A stretch of DNA of 64,000 nt from the human T2T-CHM13v2.0 reference genome, Homo sapiens. The notes below the pieces were generated by a model, which saw only the letters and a list, made by a program, of their open reading frames with translations, was not told the DNA's origin and ran no database searches. The stretch is from assembly GCF_009914755.1 (NCBI RefSeq), contig NC_060929.1; one strand, given 5' to 3'. Within the stretch, counting starts at the first letter, position 1, and every line of letters begins with the position of its first letter. The position numbers were made by a program, and so were the translations under genes. This document shows positions 1 through 16,568 of the stretch, one piece after another.

Positions 1-1640
1 TACCTTAAGTTTATGTGAGTTCTTATGTGTTAGGTGAGTCTCTTGAAGGAAGCAGATAGTTGATTTATGAATTATTTTCATTCTGCAATTCTGTATTTTT
101 TAAGCAGAGCATTTAGGCCATTTACATTCAACATTATTATTAAGATGTGAGGTACTATTCCATTAATTGTGCTATTTATTGCCTGTATACCTTGTGGGGT
201 TTTTTTTTGTATTTTTATTTTATAAGTCCTGTGAGATTTATGGCTTGAAAGAGATTCTGTTTTGATATGTTTTCAGGATTTGTTTCAAGATTTAGAGCTG
301 CTTTTAGCAGTTCTTATAATGCTGTCTTGGTAGTGGCATATTCTCTCAGCATTTGTTTGTCTAAAAGAGACTGTATCTTTCCTTCATTTATAAAGATTAG
401 TTTTGCTGGATACAGAATTCTTGGCTGATAATTGTTTGAGGAGACTGCAGATGGAGCTCCAATCCCTTTTAGGTCGTAGGGTTTCTGCTGATAAATCTAC
501 TGTTAATCTAATATGTTTTCCTTTATAGATTACCTGGTGCTTTTGCCTCACATCTCTTAAGATTCTTTCCTTCATCTTGACTTTAGATAACCTGATGACA
601 ATGTTCCTAGCTGATGATCTTTTTGTGATAAATTTCCCAGGTGTTCTTTGAGCTTCTTGTATTGGGATGTCTAGGTCTCTTGCAAGGCTGGGGAAGCTTT
701 CCTCAGCTATTCCCCCAAATATGTTTTCCAAACACTTGGATTTCTCTTCTTCCTCAGCAACACCAGTTATTCTTGTTTGGTCACTTAACATAATCCCAAA
801 CTTCCTGGAGGCTTTGTTCATTTTTTTCTTATTCTTTTTTCTTTGTCTTTGGATTGGGTTACTTCAAAAACCTTGCCTTCAAGCTCTGAAGTTCTTTCTC
901 CTGCTTGTTCAATTCTAATGCTGAGACTTTCTAGAACATTTTGCATTTCTCTAAGTGTGTCCTTTATTTCCTGAAGTTGTGATTGTTTTCTGTTTATGCT
1001 ATCTATTTCACTGAAGATTTCTCCCCTCATTTCTTCTATCATTTTTTTTTCAATTTCCTTACATTGAACTTCATCTTTCTCTGGTACCTCCTTGATTAGC
1101 TTAATAACTAACCTGAATTCTTTTTCAGGTAAATCAGGGATTTCTTCTTGGTTTGGATCCATTGCTGGTGAGCTAGTGTGATTTTTGGGGGTGTTAAATA
1201 ACCCTATTTTGTCATATTACCAGAATTGTGTTTCTGTTTCCTTCTTATTTGGGTAGGCTATTTCAGAAGGAAGGCTACTGTTCAGTTTCTTTTGTCCCAC
1301 AAGGTGTTCCCTTGATGTAGTATGCTCCCCCTGTCCTAGGGATGTGGCTTCCAGAGAGCTAAGCTGTAGTGATTGTTATCTCTCTTCTGGATCTAGCCAC
1401 CCAGCAGGTCTACCCGTTTCCAGTCTGGTCCTGGGGGATATCTGCACAGTGTCTTGTGATGTGAATGATCTGCAGGTATCTTAGCCATGAATATCAGCAT
1501 TTGCTCTGGTGGAAGTAACAGGCAGGTGAAATGGACTCTGTGAAGGTCTTTAGTTTTGGTTGTTTAGTGCACTATTTTTTGTGCTAGTTGGCCTCTTGCC
1601 AGGAGGTAGGCTTTCAAGAGAGCATCAGCTGTAGTAGTGT
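1..1640 (-). mobile_element. Old L1 (L1PB-like) 5' portion: partial 5'UTR, broken ORF1, inter-ORF region; continues left of the window
   Basis: ORFs 818..1162 (MDPNQEEIPDLPEKEFR...) and 384..821 (...IQEAQRTPGKF...IRLTVDLSAETL) are consecutive L1 ORF1p fragments; the MDPNQEEI start is typical of L1PB-type ORF1. Confidence 0.85.
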
Positions 1641-1797
1641 CCAATCTTAATGTCTTTTAGACAACATGAAATAATGCAAAAATAGTACCAAGATTAGTCC
1701 AATACAACAGTATAAAATTTATAGGCACCATGAACAATGTACTTTATACAAAACAAAAAGCCTCCTGAATTCTAGAGTGGCAAGTTCTTTGAGCTGG

Positions 1798-2158
1798 TGT
1801 TATGACTTGAACATGTGCATCCCGCAAACTCATATGCTAAAATCCTAATTCCCCAATATGATGATATTAGGAAGTGGGGCCTTTGGAAGATCATAAGGGT
1901 GGAGCCCACATGAGTGGTATTAGCACCCTTATAAAAGAGACCCGTAGAGCTCACTAGTTCTTTCTATCATGTTAGAACACAGCAAGAAGATAGCTGTATA
2001 TGAACCAGAAAGTAGACCTTCACCAGACATGGAATCTACTGGTGCCTTGATATTGAAATCCTCAGCCTCCAGAACTGGAGAAATAAATGTTTGTTGTTTA
2101 AGCTACCCAACCTATGATCTATGTTCTTTTGCTATAGCAATACAAACAGATCAAGATA
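1798..2158 (+). mobile_element. MaLR solo LTR, MLT1A-like
   Basis: Starts tgttatgac, has aataaa near the 3' end, ends aagata; perfect 5-bp TSD gctgg at 1793-1797 and 2159-2163. Confidence 0.9.
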
Positions 2159-2595
2159 GCTGGAAATTATTTTCATCTTCTTAGAGAACTATGAATGCAT
2201 GGCTGGGGTTGGGGAAAGACTAGAAATAGGTCACAATATCCTATATTGTGAGGGGAAATGGCATTATCCTGGAGAAATATAAGTGTCCAACAAATATTTT
2301 AGTGTGCCAGAAATCTCCCTTTATGCTTAATTATGATCACCATGCTCTGTCATAAATGAAGTACTCCAGATATCCAGGAGAGATTGCCAGGGACAATGGC
2401 TTTTCGCTCGATCAGAACTCCAGCTTCAATTCTGTATTACTAATACTGTACTAAAAATCTTCAGGTTTTTCTAGATTTAAACAAGTCTGAGTCATCCTGT
2501 TGACCAATTAAGGCCTAGGCATTGGAATGAATTAAAATTAATCATTATATTAATATGTTAGCTGATAAAGATACTCTGATTTTCTGTAAGGATTA

Positions 2596-3004
2596 TGCCT
2601 TATATTTGGTACAGGAAACAGACTGTGAGATGAAGACTTGAATGAAGAAAGTTGATTTACCAGTGCCTTTGATATTAATATCTGTGTTGGGGTGAAGGAA
2701 GGAAGTTTGGGCAGAGAAAATGTAAACTGTGATTCAGTCTTAACAAAAGCCTTAGCATATCCACAAGGAACTCTGAATCTGAGAAAGCCTTTCAGTGTTA
2801 TCCAGCCTCGAAGCACAGGGATCAGGTCTTGATATCATTTTATTGATCAGTCATAGATTGGGTTTCTTCAGGGTACAAATATTACCCTGAGCAGGCAGCT
2901 CTCTTTGACTTAAGGCAATTCATGGAGAGGGATTCAGCAGGGAACCATTATCTGTTGACAGTTCTGAAGGAGATCTCTGGATTGTGCACCACAGCATCCA
3001 CTAT
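2596..3004 (-). mobile_element. ERVL LTR33-like LTR (3' LTR of a proviral remnant)
   Basis: Matches recalled LTR33 motifs (aaacagactgtgagatg, ttgggcagagaa, cacagcatccacta); a PPT-like gcacaaggggtgaacc lies adjacent on the minus strand at 3005-3020. Confidence 0.7.
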
Positions 3005-5779
3005 GGTTCACCCCTTGTGCTATCTTAGTCCACTTCCACCCTATGATAAATTTCACACATATTTTATGTGACGCTTATTAGTCTATAATTCAAGATAAAC
3101 TTACAAAAAGAAGGGAAGTGGGATAAATTATCATCCCTGCTTCTGCAAGTGGTCTTAAGACTGAGGCTTTACCATGTAGATTTTCTATCATTATTACCTT
3201 TCAGGACCACTACTGATTAGGGTTGTAGTACAGCAGCTGATTAAGCTCAACTTCCATTAGTTGGACAAGATAAATTCCTATATTGTTATAAATGTAGGCA
3301 GATATAGAGGGACTGGTACACCAATGGTGGGTGTTACAAGGGTCTGGACCACTGCATATTCCTGATTTTAGATGTATCATTTCTATGTTACAATGTGTTT
3401 CTACTAGGCCTGCCTTGCTTATGACATGAAGGGTCTGACAGAACTCAGCTCATGATTTGCAGGGCAAATGGCCACTTAATTTCTTATGGTTAAGTATTTC
3501 TTCTATACCAGGGCCAAATAACATGCTAGAAACAGAGTTTTTTTTTTTAATGTTGCATAATTCTCCACTATGCCATAAATAACAAAGAATCATTACCCAT
3601 TACCCAAACCTCTGTATAAGAATATGCCAGGTTGGTACAGCTTTTACTTTTTCTAGCTTTTCTCTATTGCAGAATACTTTTCTGGTCTGGACCTACTCAA
3701 AGATGGCAGGTATGCATGTCACTTTGTTAATAGCTTGTGGCAATATTCTTAAGTGTGGGAGATGCTACTTCTCTTTTTCTTTTCCACCACCCCCTCCTCT
3801 CTCTTTCCTTATCTCAATAGGCCCCATATATGAAAACTGGCTCAAGTTCAGAAACTGTCAAGAACCATGGAATTTTATTGGAGATGCTGCCCTCAGTCTA
3901 CTGACCATCCATGCTTAATTTCTTTTGATTGTGCATATGGAGAAACTTTCATCAGCTCCCCACCTGAGGATGCTGCTATCTATTAACTACCTCCATAGCT
4001 CTCTGAGAGTCATGGCCTACAGGTGGCCATTGTGATTTTTCCACTAGTTATGGCAACTGGTTCCATCCTGTTTCTGATGATTAAATACTGCTTTTGGCCT
4101 CCACCTTTTCAAGATTCCATTACCTTTTGTGTCATCGAGGAACCCAGTTCTGTAACAGTATTTATTACTCATAAGTCCTCCCAGTAGAGGGCAGGTGACA
4201 TTGAGTTTCTCCAGGATGATATTTCTCTCACTAGTACATCACATATTGCTTTGGCAAATGCGGCTCTTCTTCAGAATATGGTTAAATGGCGAATTTTCTG
4301 GCCTTACATAGTATATTCAGTAGGTTGGCCACTTTTGTAAAATTTTAAACTCTTCTTTGCCACGTCTGGCAGTCTTGGCATTTATACTTTACCTACTATA
4401 AACTACCACTTTCTCAAAACTTCTAATAACTCAATCAGTATGTTAACACTGTTTTCTGAGGTTTTCATCAAAGTGTCAAATCCTTTTGGGATAGTTTTCC
4501 TTTATCAATAAACTGGCCAGCCATTATCCATTCTCATGTTCTACCTTCTTTGATACAAGAGCCTCTGGATACAGACCAAATCACACTCTCCTAACTCCTT
4601 CCAGTATACAGTCATCCCTGGTATCCACAGGGGATTGGTTCCAGGACCTCCCCTGGATACCCAAATCTGTAGATGCTCAAGTCCCTTATGTAAAATGGCA
4701 TAGCATTGGCATATAATCTATGGACATAATCCTGTATACTTTATATCATTTCTATATTACTTACAATACCTAACACAATGTAAAAGCTGTGTAGTTGTTA
4801 TACTTTTTAAAAAAATTTCTACATTATTATTTTTTATTGTATTTTTGTCATATTTTCAATCTGCAGTTAGTTGAATCTGTGGGTGGGGAACCTGTGAATA
4901 CAAAGGACTAATTGTATATTGACTAGGTCTTGCTGAACCCATTAGAAGTTTGTTGAGAGATGTCCTCAGGTCTTTTTGGGATATAGTCGCTTATCTTTCT
5001 TAACATGCCTAGCACTTTCCCAGCATGTAAGCTAAAAATGGAGTTGAGTTTAGATGCTGAGGAGTGTTCAAGACACTGGGTGAGGTGGAAATTACTGCAT
5101 CATTTTCAGACAATGGGGGCATTCTAGTCTTTATTAGGAAGCAATGTGCATCTTCTTCAAGCCCAGAGTATTCAGGGGATTTGGGTTTAGTGATTTTTAA
5201 TCCATCAACAAAAATATTTCCAACTCAAGGCTCAGGGTCCCAAGCTTTTCCAACCAGGAATCTATCATTGGCATTAACATAGCCTTTGTTGGCTATGAAT
5301 TCGACCTCCTCTGGAAGGCTCTCTGCTGCTATTATAATTATAATACTATAATTGATTCTTGGACCTGATTCTCAGGTTTTTTCCTGCCCTCTATCTTTAG
5401 GAAATAAGAGTCCCTTTTTAACCTGCCAAGGAGGCCCTCTGAATTTTACAGTTGACTTTCATGGGTGATTAATCACCCACAACATTTTATTGGTCTTCTC
5501 TGATGTATCAATGTCACTCAGCTAAAACATCTAATTCAATTTCCTTCTAACACTCCCCTTAGCCAGTCAAAAGCCGAGACACTGAAATTTTGAGTGCATT
5601 AACTTATACCAGCATACCATCCCAATTTATCAAAGGTTAGAGTTTTAACAATTGCACTGCTATAATTACAGTACTCCATCTCCTCCCAATAATGATGCCG
5701 CCCTTACCAGCTGGCTGATAGAGGAACAGGCTTCAATATCTCATATTAAGATATGTTTACTTAGACTTGATGATGCCAA
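3005..5779 (-). mobile_element. Degraded ERVL internal region (ERVL-E-int-like), no intact ORF
   Basis: Lies between two same-orientation LTR33-like LTRs; PPT at the left end and an ERVL leader-like sequence (...cttagacttgatgatgccaa) abutting the right LTR. Confidence 0.6.
4609..4914. mobile_element. MER2 (TcMar-Tigger MITE)
   Basis: cagtcatccctggtatcc...gattggttccaggacc start, degenerate TIR at the right end, TA dinucleotides at 4607-4608 and 4915-4916. Confidence 0.88.
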
Positions 5780-6199
5780 TGTCTTAAGTCAGGATTCCCT
5801 GAAAAGAAATGAAGATGGATTTTGCATGTGGGAACTGTGTTGGGCAGTATCCTCGAAATCAACATTTTAAACATGTAAAGTCACTAGAATTTGGCAAAGG
5901 AAGAAGTTAAGCTTCAATGCAGTTACAAGGATGGCCTCAAATAGTTTCAGGAGAAGCGCTTGAGCCAAAAAGACCCTTCAGAGTCATCTTGCCTTGAGAC
6001 AAAGGAGCCATGACTTTACACTTTTATACTGACAATGAATAGGTTTAAATGTTGGGAAGGGTCCTGACACGAGCACACGTTTCCAGCTAAAAGAAAGTTC
6101 TAAAGAGAGACTTAGCTGCTCACATTTTCAGAAGGTGGTGGAATGAGTTTCTCAGTCCTGCAGGAGGAGTCTGGGTGGCACGTCATATTATCCATTACA
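5780..6199 (-). mobile_element. ERVL LTR33-like LTR (5' LTR of a proviral remnant)
   Basis: tgtcttaagtcaggattccc...atccattaca; collinear with 2596-3004 (ttggcaaaggaagaagtt, cccttcagagt motifs). Confidence 0.7.
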
Positions 6200-6563
6200 G
6201 AAAGTGATTGCAAATTACATTGTGTTACTCACTTCTTCTTGATTTCATGTTCATAAGTACTTTAGGCGCTTTTTCCCTCCCGGCTTCTACTATAACTTCT
6301 GGGAGTAGTAAGGATATTGATTCAGGTTTCCTTATGTTTATTTTCCTTTTTTTTTTTTTATTATACCTTAAGGTCTAGGTTACATGTGCACAACATGCAG
6401 GTTTGTTATATATGTATACATGTGCCATGTTGGTGTGCTGCACCCATTAACTCATCATTTACATTAGGTATATCTCCTAATGCTATCCCTCCCCAGTCCC
6501 CTCAACCCATGACAGGCCCCGGTGTGTGATGTTCCCCACCCAGTGTCCATGTGTTCTCATTGT

Positions 6564-10386
<3,823 letters not shown>

Positions 10387-10449
10387 TATGATGTTAGCTG
10401 GTTATTTTGCTTGTTAGTTGATGCAGTTTCTTCCTAGCCTCGATGGTCT

Positions 10450-11467
10450 TTACAATTTGGCATGTTTTTGCAGTGGCTGGTACTGGTTGTTCCTTTCCAT
10501 GTTTAGTGCTTCCTTCAGGAGCTCTACTGAGGCAGGCCTGATGGTGACAAAATCTCTCAGCATGTGCTTGTCTGTAAAGGATTTTATTTCTCCTTCACTT
10601 ATGAAGCTTAGTTTGGCTGGATATGAAATTCTAGGTTGAAAATTATTTTCTTTAAGAATGTTGAATATTGGCCCCCACTCTCTTCTGGTTTGTAGAGTAT
10701 CTGCTGAGAGATCAGCTGTTAGTCTGATGGATTTCCCTTTGTGGTAACCTGACCTTTATCTCTGGCTGCCCTTAACATTTTTTCCTTCATTTCAACTTCG
10801 GTGAATCTGACAATTATGTGTCTTAGAGTTGCTCTTCTCGAGGAGTATCTTTGTGGCGTTCTCTGTATTTCCTGAATTTGAATGTTGGTCTGCCTTGCTA
10901 GATTGGGGAAGTTCTCCTGGATAATATCCTGAAGAGTGTTTTCCAACTTGGTTACATTCTCCCCGTAACTTTCAGGTACACCAATCAGACGTAAATTTGG
11001 TCTTTTCACATAGTCTCATATTTCTTGGAGGCTTTGTTCATTTCTTTTTACTCTTTCTTCTCTGAACTTCACTTCTCCCTTCATTTCATTGGTTTGATCT
11101 TCAATCACTGATACCCTTTCTTCCAGAATTGGCTACTGAAGGTTGTGCATGCATCACATAGTTCTTGTGCCATAGTTTTCAGCTCCTTCAGGTCATTTAA
11201 GGTCTTCTCTATGCTGCTTATTCTAGTTAGCCATTTGTCCAATTTTTTTTCAAGGTTTTTAGCTTCTTTGCCATGGGTTCAAACATCCTCCTTTAGCTCG
11301 GAGAAATTTGTTATTACTGATCATCTGAAGACTTCTTCTTTCAACTCATCAGAGTCATTCTCTGTCCAGCTTTGCTCTGTTGCTGGCAAGGAGCTGTGTT
11401 CCTTTGGAGGAGAAGAGGCGCTCTGATTTTTAGAATTTTCAGCTTTTCTGCTCTGGTTTCTCCCAAT
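10450..11467 (-). pseudogene. L1 ORF1, start codon mutated and frame broken
   Basis: The expected ATG reads ATT (top strand aat at 11465-11467); fragment 10719..11009 is KRPNLRLIGVPE...ENFPNLARQ. Confidence 0.92.
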
Positions 11468-12492
11468 CTTTGTGGTTTTATCTACCTTTGGTCTTTGATG
11501 ATGGTGACGTACAGATGGGGTTTTGGTGTGGATGTCCTTTCTGTTTGTTAGTTTTCCTTCTAACTGTCAGGTCCCTCAGCTATAGGTCTTTTGGAGTTTG
11601 CTGGAGGTTCACTCCAGACCCTGTTTGCCTGGGTATTCCCAGTGGAGGCTGTAGAACTACAAATATTGCAGAACGGCAAATGTTGCTCCCTTATCTTTCC
11701 TTTGGAAGCTTAGTCTCAGAGGGACACCTGGCTGTATGAGGTGTCAGTTGGCCCCACTGGGAGGTGCCTCCCAGTTAGGCTACTCGGGGATCAGGGACCC
11801 ACTTGAGGAGGCGGTCTGTCCTTTCTCAGATCTCAAACTCCATGCTGGGAGAACCACTACTTTCTTCAAAGCTGCCAGACGGGGACGTTTAAGTCTGCAG
11901 AAGTTTCTGCTGCCTTTTGTTCAGCTATGCCCTGCCCCCAGAGGTGGAGTCTACAGAGGCAGGCAGGCCTCTTTGAGCAGTGGTGGGCTCCACCCAGTTC
12001 GAGCTTCTTGGCTGCTTTGTTTACCTATTCAAGCCTCAGCAATGTTGGGTGCCCCTCCCCCAGCCTCGCTGCAGCCTTGCAGTTCGATCTCAGACTGCTG
12101 TGCTAGCAGTGAGGAAGGCTCCGTGGCCATGGGACCCTCTGAGCCAGGCTCAGGATATAATCTCCTGGTGTGCTGTTTGCTAAGACTGTTGGAAAAGTGC
12201 TGTATTAGGGTGGGAGTGACCCAATTTTCCAGGTGTCATCTGTCATGGCTTCCTTTGGCTAGGAAAGGGAATTCCCTGACCCCTTGCACTTCCTGGGTGA
12301 GGTGTTGCCTCGCCCTGCTTTGCTTATGGTCTGTGGGCTGCACCCACTGTCCTGCACCCACTGTCCGACAAGCCCCATTGAGATGAACCTGGTACCTCAG
12401 TTGGAAATGCAGAAATCACCAGTCTTCTGCCTCACTCATGCTGGGAGCTGTAAACTGTAGCTGTTCCTATTTGGCCATCTTGGAACTTCCCC
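11468..12492 (-). promoter_or_regulatory. L1 5'UTR with internal sense promoter, YY1 site and antisense promoter region
   Basis: YY1 core CAAGATGGCC at 12473-12482 (minus strand); full UTR length retained; CpGs largely decayed. Confidence 0.8.
12042..12386 (+). CDS. ORF0: L1 ORF0 homologue (antisense ORF), 114 aa, within a 216-aa open frame 11736..12386; expression unknown
   Basis: MLGAPPPASLQPCSSISDCCAS...GPSEPG...IRVGVTQFSRC is collinear with L1HS ORF0p (MAGAPPPASLPPCSLISDCCAS...); the ATG sits at L1 position ~451. Confidence 0.6.
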   Translation: MLGAPPPASLQPCSSISDCCASSEEGSVAMGPSEPGSGYNLLVCCLLRLLEKCCIRVGVTQFSRCHLSWLPLARKGNSLTPCTSWVRCCLALLCLWSVGCTHCPAPTVRQAPLR

Positions 12493-13915
12493 TCCTTATG
12501 TTTATTTTCTACTGTTAATGTTGACACATATGATGGCTATTTTAAGTGATACATGTTATAGTTTTGCTATTTAATATATATTTGGGAATTAGAATACTTA
12601 TTTTTTTCATGAAACCCAGGATTTTATAGCAAAAAGACAGCTCATTCCTGACACATTTTCCAAAAGCTAACTTCAGCAAAAGGAAGATGTCCATTCCTTC
12701 CTAATAAAGGCAAGAATGTCCCCAATATCTCTGTAGACTAGTAAAATAGAGCTGTTTAAGAAATTCTAGGAGGCCTAAAGGAAAATAAAAAGAAGTAAAG
12801 AAAACAATAAATGCCACCTTCAGTTTTAAGTAAATTTTGTTCATCTTGCTGTTTGAAGCAGCCATTGTTAATTTTGGAAATCTTTTACAATATTTACTTT
12901 TGGATCACTTTTAATGCCACTGAGATTTACTATCTAAATGAAACAATCAAAATAAGAAACAGTCATGTAAGTGGCAAACACCTCTGCTCTACTATCTCAT
13001 TGCAGTGGGATAATAAAGCTTAGGTCCATTGATCCAGGAACGACTGTGTAAGAGCATCACATGGCTCATAGCACAGAATCCCAACTAAGATATGCAGAGA
13101 ATTATACTCTAACATAATATTTAAAAGCCCTGTAGTAAGTTAATATATAACATTATGGTTTGAAGAAAGAGTATTTTTGTGAGAGATTTCACATTCAAAC
13201 ATATTGAATACTCAATGTGGCATGTATTTGGATGGGCAATGAAAAATTTATACAACTGTTCATGAATAATCACACGGTTGCACTTAATGTTCAGTAACAC
13301 TTACCTGAATGTTTTCATATTGCTGAGATACATTCATATACAAAGCCTGAAAGCACACATTTGAATGTATGATTGATGAAAATAGATCTACTTAATATTG
13401 TTCTAGCCTCATCTACTCTCTCTAATGTTTATATAGTTCTTGGTATTGTTTTCAAATAAAATAACAAAATGCAATATGAGAGCTTGAAAAATATTTTACT
13501 AGTTATCCCAAAAGAATTAAGAAATAATACAAATGAATTAGAAGTCATTTTAGTATTTTTCATAGTTTAAAGAAATATAATGAGAGACATTTTCCAAAGA
13601 GGTGTTTTAGAAGCTTGTGAAAATGGATGTGGCTTAATTACCTTTCAGTACCTGGAGTGTGCTGGTTATGTGCCATGTTTGACACAAAAGAGCAGGATTC
13701 TACTTCTTTGTTCCCCCAGTTTTACTCAGTGTGGTTGCATAGCTGAACCAAAATATTCATCATCACCGAATAAAGCATTTAGCTTTGAGGGTGGTGGGTT
13801 AGAATCAAGGAAGCATAGGAATTTTACACGTTCTAAGTATCCTGAGGGAAGAGATAGAAATAAAACAAGGTGGCTGGGAAGAATTCCTTACAAATCACTC
13901 AAGAACATGCTAATT

Positions 13916-15528
13916 CATTTCTTTCAGCTTTATTCAGGTACAATTGACAAGTAGAAGTTGTATGTATTTAAGGAGTATAACTTGATGTTTTGATACATGT
14001 GTTATATTATAAAATAATCACCACAATCAAGCTAATTAACATATGTGTCACCTCACACATTTAAATTTATTTTTATTTTTGATGAAAACACTTAAGATCT
14101 ATCATCTTAGCAAAGTTTAAGTATGTAAGTCATTATTGTTAATGGATGTACAGGAGATCTTCAGAACATATTATTTTGCATAACTAAAACTTTGTAAGCT
14201 TTAACATCTCTCCATTTTTTTCTCGCTCAGCTCTGACAACCACCATTCTAACTCTCTGCTTCTGAGTTTGACTATTTTAGATTCCACATATAAGTCAGAT
14301 CACACAGTATTTGTCCTTTTGTGTCTGGCTTACTTTATTTAGTGTAATGTCCTCCAGTTCAATCATCTTGTCATAAATATCAGGACTATCTTATTTTTTA
14401 AAGCTGAATAATATTCCACTGTGTTTACATACCTACCAACCTACCCACCTATCTACATATCTTGGGTTTTCTTGTCCATTCATCTATCAGTGGACATTTA
14501 GATTGTTTCTATATCACGGCAATGGTGAATAATGCTGCAATATAAACATGAGAGTGCAAATATTTGTTTGACATAGTTATATCATTATCTTCAGATATAC
14601 ACCAGAAACGGGATTGCTGGATATTATATGATAGCTGTATCTTTAACTTTTTGATGAATTTCTAGACTGTTTTCTATAATGAGTGTATCAATTTACATTC
14701 CCACCAGCAGGGTACAAGTGTTACCTTTCCACCAGATTCTTGTCAGTATGTGTTGCCTTTTGTCTTTTTGATAATTGCCATTTTAACTGGGGTGAGGTGA
14801 TATCTAATTGTGATTTTTACTTGGATTTTTCCAATCATTAGTGATATTGAACACCTTTTCCTACAGCTTTGGGTTCTTTGTATGACTTCTTTTGAAAAAT
14901 GTCTATTCAGGTTCTTTGTCCTATCTTGACTTCAAAACACTACAAAACTATAGTAGCCAAAACAGCATGGTACTAGCATAAAAACAGATATATAAACCAA
15001 AGGAACAAAATAGAGGGCCCAGAAATTTATGCATGTATGGTCAACTGATCTTTGACAGGGTGCCAAGAACATATGATGGGGAAAGGATGGTATCTTCAAT
15101 AAATTGTACTGGGAAAACTAGTTATCTACACATAGAAGAATGATTTTGAACCCTTTCACCATATACAAAAATCAACTGAAAATCTATTCAAGTCTTAGAC
15201 ATAAGGCCTGAAACCATAAAACTACTTGAAGAAACTACAGGAAAAAGCTCCTTGATATTGGTTTGGGCAATAAGTTTTTTTGGATATGATACTAAACACA
15301 CAACAACAAAAGCAAAAATAGACAAATTTAGAAAAAATAGTAGAACTTCATTAAACTGCAAAGCTTCTGCACAGCAAATAATCAATCGTGTGAAAAGAGA
15401 ATCCACAGAATGAGAGGAAATATTTGTGAACCATATATCTGATAAGAGGTTAGTATGCAAAATATGTAAGAAATTTATGCAATTCAATAGCAAATAAGCA
15501 AGGAAAAAAGGAACCCACTTAAGAAAAG
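13916..15528 (-). mobile_element. 5'-truncated, 5'-inverted old L1 (L1MA8-10-like)
   Basis: 3' end on the minus strand 13916-~14923, then ORF2 on the plus strand ~14925-15528; degenerate TSD gaacatgctaatt (13903-13915) / gaacacgctcatt (15529-15541). Confidence 0.85.
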
Positions 15529-16149
15529 GAACACGCTCATTTTTTGACTCTTACTTTAAGACTGATAAAAGATCTGCAGAAAAAAAGCCACATATAAAAA
15601 TATATATATATAAAAATACATAAATAAATCTGATTTCTGTATGTTGGTAGGTAAAAAAAGAACTCCCTTTAATAAAGTTTAATTATTTAATTATTACTGT
15701 GTATAATATTTCTTTCTCTTTGAGAATATTCACACCAGAGGGTATGGTTGAAAAAATTTATTTCTTGTGTTACTAAAACTGCTAACTAATTATCACATTA
15801 ATTGTATGGGTTTCACGTATTATTCTTTGAAGTATCTGAAGTCATTAGTGCTCATGAGTCTTAACAGCTCTCTTTATGTAAGGCCTTTGGGGTAACAGTA
15901 GACACTCTAGAAATTTAATAATAGATTACAAAAAATATACTACTGTTTGCCATTATCTCAATTTCCTGAGTGTTCCCCATTCTAATGCATTTTCTTTAAT
16001 CTCCTCTTTCCCCTCCTCATGAAACTACCTCTACATTATGTTCTATAAAATTGGCATTTCTTTGTTAGTTTATTGGTTGTATCAATTGCAAATTGTCTCT
16101 CTTCCTGTTGGCATTTTAATAAGGCCTAAGGAAAGAGCATAAATGCTAT

Positions 16150-16568
16150 TGTGATGGTTAATTTTAAGTGTCAACCTGTAGGGTATTTTTGGATGAGATT
16201 AATGTTTAAATTGGTTAATTTTAGGTAAAGCAGATTATTATCCACAATGTTGGTGAGCCTCATCCAAATTGTTGAATACCTGAATGGAACAAAATTTCCA
16301 ACCTCTGTGAGCATGAAGAAATTTTCTAGCAGACTGCCTTTCAACTTCACCTGCACCATCAGCTTTCCAGAGTCTCCATCCTGTCAGCATTTGGACTGGA
16401 ACAATGCCATTGGCTGTCCTACGCCTCAAACCTCCTGGCCCGTGCTGCAAGATTCTAACTCACTAGCCTTTGTAATCATGTGAGCCAATTCCTTAAGAGA
16501 TAAGAATCTCTTTCGAGATATTAAACAAGACATTCAATTGGTTCTTTTACTCTGGAGAACCTAATACA
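16150..16568 (+). mobile_element. MLT2 (ERVL) solo LTR, MLT2C/D-like
   Basis: tgtgatggttaatttt start, ggagaacctaataca end, TSD gctat/gctgt. Confidence 0.88.

Noticed and set aside
13580-13954. 124-aa ORF in non-repeat DNA
   Set aside because: No recognisable homology; it runs into an L1 tail and its length is compatible with chance.
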